Positions 59,020 to 64,000 of a DNA stretch of 64,000 bases are shown one piece after another (position 1 is the stretch's first letter; each line of letters starts with the position of its first letter). The stretch is from positions 63,502 to 127,501 of the forward strand of contig CAVTBV010000003.1 of the NCBI GenBank assembly GCA_963733095.1, in the 5' to 3' direction. The position numbers were made by a program, and so were the translations under genes. The notes beneath the pieces were generated by a model. It searched no databases and was not told the DNA's origin. It saw only the letters and a list, made by a program, of their open reading frames with translations. The DNA comes from Candidatus Bathyarchaeota archaeon (lineage in GTDB: Archaea; Thermoproteota; Bathyarchaeia; Bathyarchaeales; Bathycorpusculaceae).

Positions 59020-59928
59020 TTATTTTTTTGGCAAGAGTTCAGCAAGCTCAACTGTTGCCACACATAATGTACTATCCGCACCGCCGTAGTAGATTAAGAG
59101 TTGGTTGTCCATCATTACTTGCCCGCAGCTGAAAACTACGTTGGGAACTTTTCCAAAGCGTTCGTAGTCTTCTGTCGGGGTCAGAATTGGCTCTTCCGAG
59201 CGATAAAGGACTTGCTCAGGGTTGTCCTTAGCCAGTAATGCAACACCAAGGGAGTAAACTTTGTCAACACTCACGCCATGATAGATTAGAAGCCAGCCTT
59301 CATTTATTAAGAATGGTGGCCCCGCCGCGCCTACTTTCCAGGAATCCCACCCTTTCTCTCGCGGCCCTAGAATGTACTTTAAGCCGTACCAGCGGCGTAG
59401 GTCGGTTGAGCGGGCAATACAGAGATCAGGTTCCAAACGATGAAACATCACGTAATCGCCATTGAACTTCTTTGGGAAGAGCACTGCATCCTTGTTGTGG
59501 ATTCCTGGAAAAGTCAGAATCCTTTCCCCCCAGTTCCATCTTCGGGCTAGAAAATCGTTCGTGCTTATGGATGTCATTGCAATTTGGTAAACTTGATGTT
59601 GAAAGTGAATTCCGAATGCTGTATATGCCATGATGAGTGAATCGCCAAATTGAACCACTCTGGGGTCCTCGCAACCCTGGCTTTCCATGTCGTTTGATGG
59701 GCTGAAAACTGGGAGTGGCAAACGCTCATCTATGTTGTATCCATCCGAGGAGGATGCTAATCCTATGCGTGAGACATTATCAGTGCCCATTGCACGGTAG
59801 AGAATTTGGACGCGGTTGTTAGCGGCAAAGGCTGCTGCGTTAAAGACCAAACTTGATTCCCAGGCATGAGTGCCAATGGGCTCAAGTATAGGGTTGTGCG
59901 GATATCTTTTCACTTGTTTTTTCTCCAA
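59020..59928 (-). CDS. GH130-like glycoside phosphorylase/glycosidase (start TTG 59928 or GTG 59961)
   Basis: NPILEP, VFNAAA, GCEDPRV, NKDAVLFP, GWLLIYHG, VPNVVFSCG, YYGGAD. Confidence 0.9.
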   Translation of the reverse strand: MEKKQVKRYPHNPILEPIGTHAWESSLVFNAAAFAANNRVQILYRAMGTDNVSRIGLASSSDGYNIDERLPLPVFSPSNDMESQGCEDPRVVQFGDSLIMAYTAFGIHFQHQVYQIAMTSISTNDFLARRWNWGERILTFPGIHNKDAVLFPKKFNGDYVMFHRLEPDLCIARSTDLRRWYGLKYILGPREKGWDSWKVGAAGPPFLINEGWLLIYHGVSVDKVYSLGVALLAKDNPEQVLYRSEEPILTPTEDYERFGKVPNVVFSCGQVMMDNQLLIYYGGADSTLCVATVELAELLPKK

Positions 59929-59948
59929 TGAGTGGCTCTGGTTTTTAG

Positions 59949-60323
59949 TTATAGTCCGCACAGTTCATTTAATATGTGTCTGACGGATATCAGTCCCACT
60001 AGTTTTCCGTCTTTGTCTATTACAGGCAGATGTCGGATTTGATGCATTTTGATTATGCTTTTTGCTTCTTCAAAAGTGGAGTCTTCATTAACAGTAAAAG
60101 GGTCTTTAGTCATGACTTTTTCTATTGTGGCATCTAAAGGCAAGTTTTGCGCTACGATTCTTATGGCATCTCGCTCAGTGAATATGCCTATGCATTTTTG
60201 ATTATCGTTGACAACAACTATGCACCCAATATGTCTTTTGAAAAGAAGCTCAATTGTCTCTTTTATGACGGCGTTTTCGTTTGTTGTCACTACGTCTGTT
60301 AACATCAAGTCGCGCGTCATCAT
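59949..60323 (-). CDS. CBS-pair protein
   Basis: GIFTERD, IRHLPV..GKLVGLIS. Confidence 0.9.
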   Translation of the reverse strand: MMTRDLMLTDVVTTNENAVIKETIELLFKRHIGCIVVVNDNQKCIGIFTERDAIRIVAQNLPLDATIEKVMTKDPFTVNEDSTFEEAKSIIKMHQIRHLPVIDKDGKLVGLISVRHILNELCGL

Positions 60324-60406
60324 GTCTACATGTCTCCAGTATCAATCTGGTTTTCCCTATTAATAAACAAAAATTATGCCTCGCCTCGAAAAATTCGACA
60401 TTACAA

Positions 60407-61474
60407 TCAAAGAATGTTGTTGCGTTTGGCTTCTGGGTTATCGTATTGTTTTATGTCTTCCAAGTTTAAGCGCGCTTGAAAGTAAGCTACGGTGGCCTCG
60501 GCGCCTTTATTCATATTTAATCCTTCTGGTGTTATGCCATCACAGCAACTCCCATTTTCTGGGTCATACAAAACCAGACCTTTCAGGTTTCCTCCCAAGA
60601 ACCATTGAAAAGCATCGTATGCTACTTTGATGTAGGCTTCTTTACCGGTGTTTTGAAAAGCTGCAACGGCTGCTTCGGTCGTGCAGGACGCTTCAATGGA
60701 TTGTTGGTCATAAATTGCTCTTTCGGAACCTCTTTTATACCACCCACGATTTCCCACAGGGACAAAAACGTTGTCTATCGTTTGGGTGTCAATTAGAAAT
60801 TTCATCGCTTTCGAGGCTACTTGAAGATACCTATCTTCTCCAGTTGCCTCGTAAGCTAGAAAAAGTGAATGCGGCAGTCGCGCATTGGAATAGGTTAGAT
60901 AAGATTCAAACCAATCCCATCCTCCTGAAGATACCAACTCAAATTGCTTAGTCAGTTGATCAGAAAGTGTTCTAATGTTTATTTTGACATTTTGGTCTTC
61001 AGGATAGGCTTTCTGATAATAAAACAACCCCATAATTGAGAATGCTTTTGCTCTTGGTGACGTTAATCTTGGAGTCCATTTGAAAGCTTTGTCGAAAATT
61101 TCTTTGCAGAGAAGTTTTGTTTCTTCGGGCAATTTGGAGTCCAAGCAGGATCCACATGCCCAGATTGTTCGACCTATGCAATCCTCCGAACCCACTTCAT
61201 CCATAAATTTACGATCATAGCTAAGGTAGTTGTGCATTTTGCCGTCCTCTCTCTGCATGTAGAACAATAAGCCCAGGTAGGTGTCAATCAGTTTCTTAAT
61301 GCTTGTATCATTAAACAACATGCGGTACTTTGTACATGCAATTAACGCTCTTGCGTTGTCATCTGTTGTATATCCCTCTTTTTTATTAGGTGTCGCATAT
61401 TTGGCGTGCTGGAGCATTCCTGCATCGTCTGTTAGTGCTCTGATAAAATCGGTGTTTATGGGAAAGATTTTCAA
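60407..61474 (-). CDS. (alpha/alpha)6-barrel glycosidase-like partner of GT4 glycosyltransferase
   Basis: TDDAGMLQHA, YTTDDNARAL, WFESYLTYSNARL, DQQSIEA, CCDG..NKGAE. Confidence 0.8.
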   Translation of the reverse strand: MKIFPINTDFIRALTDDAGMLQHAKYATPNKKEGYTTDDNARALIACTKYRMLFNDTSIKKLIDTYLGLLFYMQREDGKMHNYLSYDRKFMDEVGSEDCIGRTIWACGSCLDSKLPEETKLLCKEIFDKAFKWTPRLTSPRAKAFSIMGLFYYQKAYPEDQNVKINIRTLSDQLTKQFELVSSGGWDWFESYLTYSNARLPHSLFLAYEATGEDRYLQVASKAMKFLIDTQTIDNVFVPVGNRGWYKRGSERAIYDQQSIEASCTTEAAVAAFQNTGKEAYIKVAYDAFQWFLGGNLKGLVLYDPENGSCCDGITPEGLNMNKGAEATVAYFQARLNLEDIKQYDNPEAKRNNIL

Positions 61475-61481
61475 CTTGAGA

Positions 61482-62648
61482 TCACTCGTTATTCCTAGTT
61501 ACTTCTTCAATAAGGGTCATGTATTTTTTTGCAACATTTTTCCAGAGGAAGCGCCTACTGTATTTGTACGCTCTTTTTTGAATCTGATTACGGAAGTTTT
61601 CGTCTAATAGTCTTTTTATGCCTTCTGTGATTGAGGTGGAATCCTTAAATTCGCAGAGTATTCCTCTACCGTTTGCCAAAACTTCTTGGGCATGATAGTA
61701 TGGAGTGGACACCACCGCTTTTCCCGCGCCAAGAGCATATATAAGTGTGCCACTGCTGATCTGGTTAGGGGATATATATGGTGTTAAGTAAATGTCGGTT
61801 GCTTGAAGATATTTGATTAGTTCGCGTTTGGTGAGAAATCTGTTCGTAAATCGAACGTGTTCTTCCAATCCGAGTTCACAAACAAGCCTCATTAGTTCAT
61901 TTCGGTATTTTTCGCCCTCGTGCTTTCTGACTTCAGGATGAGTTTCTCCAATTATTAGATAAATTATTCGGGGGTCTTTTTTGACCACTTCTGGGAGTGC
62001 TTGGAGCGCATATTCTATTCCTTTGCCGCTGCTTATTAGACCGAATGTGGAAGCAACCAGACGCCCCTTCAGACCGAGTGATTCCTTAATTGATTTGTTG
62101 TCTGTGCAGTCTATACTTGGGCAACCGTGTGGAATAACAACGCATTTCTTGTAAGGTATCCCTTGTTGTTTTAGCATATCAATAGCTGCATGCGCGATTA
62201 CAATAATTGATGCGCTTTTTTCAGCTATACATTTTAGTACATCAAGCGCTTTCTGGTCAAAATTAGGCTGGACAGTGTGAAGGGTGAGAATAACTGGTTT
62301 CTTGACATTTTCTAGAAAGAAATTAAGGTATTCACCGTAGTCGCCTCCGAAAAGACCGAACTCATGCTGAACAACTACCAACTGGATATTGGACGAGTTA
62401 ACGTATTCGGCTGCCTTAACGTAGTCCTCGACATCGTCACGGTCAATTGTCCATTTGACTCGTCGGTCATAATCGTAAATCGCGTTTTTTTCGTTTACTG
62501 CAATTACTGAAGGCTTAAGCCCATCTAATTCGCAAGTAGCATCAATGAGGTCTTTTGTGAAGTTTGCAATGCCACATTCTCTTGGGGGATAGGTGCTCAA
62601 ATATGCGATGCGCAATGCGCTATTATCGAATCCAAGTTTTTGTGTCAT
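61482..62648 (-). CDS. Glycosyltransferase family 4
   Basis: TYPPRECGIANFT, QHEFGLFGG, GETHP, TPY..NQISSGTL.YALG. Confidence 0.9.
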   Translation of the reverse strand: MTQKLGFDNSALRIAYLSTYPPRECGIANFTKDLIDATCELDGLKPSVIAVNEKNAIYDYDRRVKWTIDRDDVEDYVKAAEYVNSSNIQLVVVQHEFGLFGGDYGEYLNFFLENVKKPVILTLHTVQPNFDQKALDVLKCIAEKSASIIVIAHAAIDMLKQQGIPYKKCVVIPHGCPSIDCTDNKSIKESLGLKGRLVASTFGLISSGKGIEYALQALPEVVKKDPRIIYLIIGETHPEVRKHEGEKYRNELMRLVCELGLEEHVRFTNRFLTKRELIKYLQATDIYLTPYISPNQISSGTLIYALGAGKAVVSTPYYHAQEVLANGRGILCEFKDSTSITEGIKRLLDENFRNQIQKRAYKYSRRFLWKNVAKKYMTLIEEVTRNNE

Positions 62649-63073
62649 TCTAAATAAACTCGTAGTTTTGGTGTTTAACACCCAAAATTTCCTGTTTTGC
62701 AATTCATGAGAAGTGGAGATTTCTCAAATTGATAACTGATTTTCTGTCTTCAGCAAATAGGTAATTGAGGTGTTATGGTTGTGGCTCTAAAGCGTCAGCT
62801 TTGCATACTTTAATAAGTTCTCGCGCGACCTTTAAGTCTGTTGTGACTGTTTACAACCATTTTTATTAAGAAAGGACTTGAAAATTTATCTCGGATTAAT
62901 GGTATTGGGTTTGTATTTTTAGAATTAACAAAGAGACACGTTTTTAGAAACCGTGAAAGCTCTTTCCAATTTTCCGTAACAACTATTTTGTGACTGTACT
63001 GCTTCAGCCACTGAAGTTAATATTCTAATTTAACATCTGTATAGCTTGAAGGAATCTGGGTGAAGGGAACCGT

Positions 63074-63376
63074 TTGAAAAAAAACTTGAGAGGTCAATGC
63101 CCTTGTGGATATGATTTCGGCATTTTCAGTGAGGAGAAGGACGCCATAGCTGCAGTGCGGTTACATTTTGAACATTTCCACAATGATTTTCTTCCTTTCG
63201 GAATTACTAAGGCTGAAGCATTGTCATTGCTAAAGGAAACAAAGTCATATAGAAAACAAAAAGTTTCATCAAACAATTCATACTCAGTTCAAACAATATT
63301 CGCATCTAAATCAATAAATACAAGTGAAAAAGCCTCACTTAAAGAAAAAGGCGCTAAAAAATGTATTTTTTGCTAA
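63074..63376 (+). CDS. Hypothetical Zn-binding protein
   Basis: CPCG...HFEHFH. Confidence 0.55.
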   Translation: MKKNLRGQCPCGYDFGIFSEEKDAIAAVRLHFEHFHNDFLPFGITKAEALSLLKETKSYRKQKVSSNNSYSVQTIFASKSINTSEKASLKEKGAKKCIFC

Positions 63377-63548
63377 AATTTAAGGCTCAAATAACTAAAC
63401 GCGCTGAAAGATGTTCGTTTAAAAGTTATTGTTCTTGAATCTTTGTTCTGCCATAAGAGTTTAATTTAAGCACAAATTACTGGCTACTTCGTTTTTATCC
63501 AAAGAAAAAAGTATATTGATGGTTGAAAATAGTTCGCAGGAAGGTTAC

Positions 63549-63836
63549 CTATTTTTTTGCAAGCGCTATTTCAATTGTTGAAACCATTCGTGATCTGGTT
63601 TCACCTTCTCTTGGCGGCATCTCTTCTGTCCCTATCGCAATTTTACTTACAGTTAGGTCTTTTAGGAAGCGATTTCTCGTTATTTCAGCTGCATCAACCG
63701 CTGTAGTTATTGCTTGCCCTCTAGCCTTCAAAGTTATTTCTTTTGTATCGCTCGCCGATAGACCTGTGATAATCGCTAGAACATAGTCCATAGGCATTTT
63801 ATTTCCAACAAAAACAATTTTTGATTTTTCTGACAT
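63549..63836 (-). CDS. albA: DNA/RNA-binding protein Alba
   Basis: VFVGNK.PMDYVLA, KARGQAITTAVD, VSTIEI. Confidence 0.95.
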   Translation of the reverse strand: MSEKSKIVFVGNKMPMDYVLAIITGLSASDTKEITLKARGQAITTAVDAAEITRNRFLKDLTVSKIAIGTEEMPPREGETRSRMVSTIEIALAKK

Positions 63837-63989
63837 TTTACATCACTATTTCGTAACAACCTATACTACGTAGCCTTCCTTATTAATCGATTAATCAGAG
63901 CGGCTGAACCTTTGTGGGCGACTTTTAGCGACTATGTTCTACAACCAAAGCTAAAAGGAATAATCCCTATGCCTGAACCTTATTGCTAA

Positions 63990-64000
63990 TGGACCGGGCG
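63990..64000 (-). tRNA. Possible 3' end of a tRNA (Ala-like) running off the window
   Basis: Reverse complement CGCCCGGTCCA matches the 21146 tRNA-Ala half at 10 of 11 nt. Confidence 0.35.

Noticed and set aside
7-63786. Numerous antisense or overlapping ORFs in the track (e.g. 1047-1592, 33376-33798, 45075-45506)
   Set aside because: Shadows of well-supported genes on the opposite strand or frame
1-64000. CRISPR array, rRNA, intact IS
   Set aside because: No regularly spaced repeats, rRNA-like stretches or transposase ORFs seen

Overview
Archaeal chromosomal DNA, most consistent with Bathyarchaeia (TACK). This is inferred from gene content: CdvB/ESCRT-III, single-OB SSB, an EndA with a crenarchaeal-type loop, Alba, DGGGP synthase, archaeal/eukaryotic GlyRS, bacterial-type PfkA and many TTG starts. 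About 70 CDS are present, mostly housekeeping, transport, glycan and envelope genes. A tRNA-Tyr(GTA) carries two BHB introns. A decayed accessory patch (~18.3-23.5 kb) holds an integrase pseudogene, a tRNA-Ala half (att-like), a frameshifted PQQ-propeller gene and two candidate structured RNAs. Three loci stand out. (1) 6425-7555 is one protein joining an extracellular CxxCH heme-c site to a CcsA/CcmF-like WWD heme-handling domain, a possible self-maturing cytochrome c. (2) An orphan contractile-injection-system sheath gene sits directly behind a wHTH gene and divergent from nurA-herA across a palindrome-rich promoter. (3) A membrane-anchored wHTH and a surface beta-propeller gene share three copies of a GAAC-N5-GTTCTAATA site. 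No CRISPR array, rRNA or intact IS was seen. All calls come from reading motifs; no searches were run.
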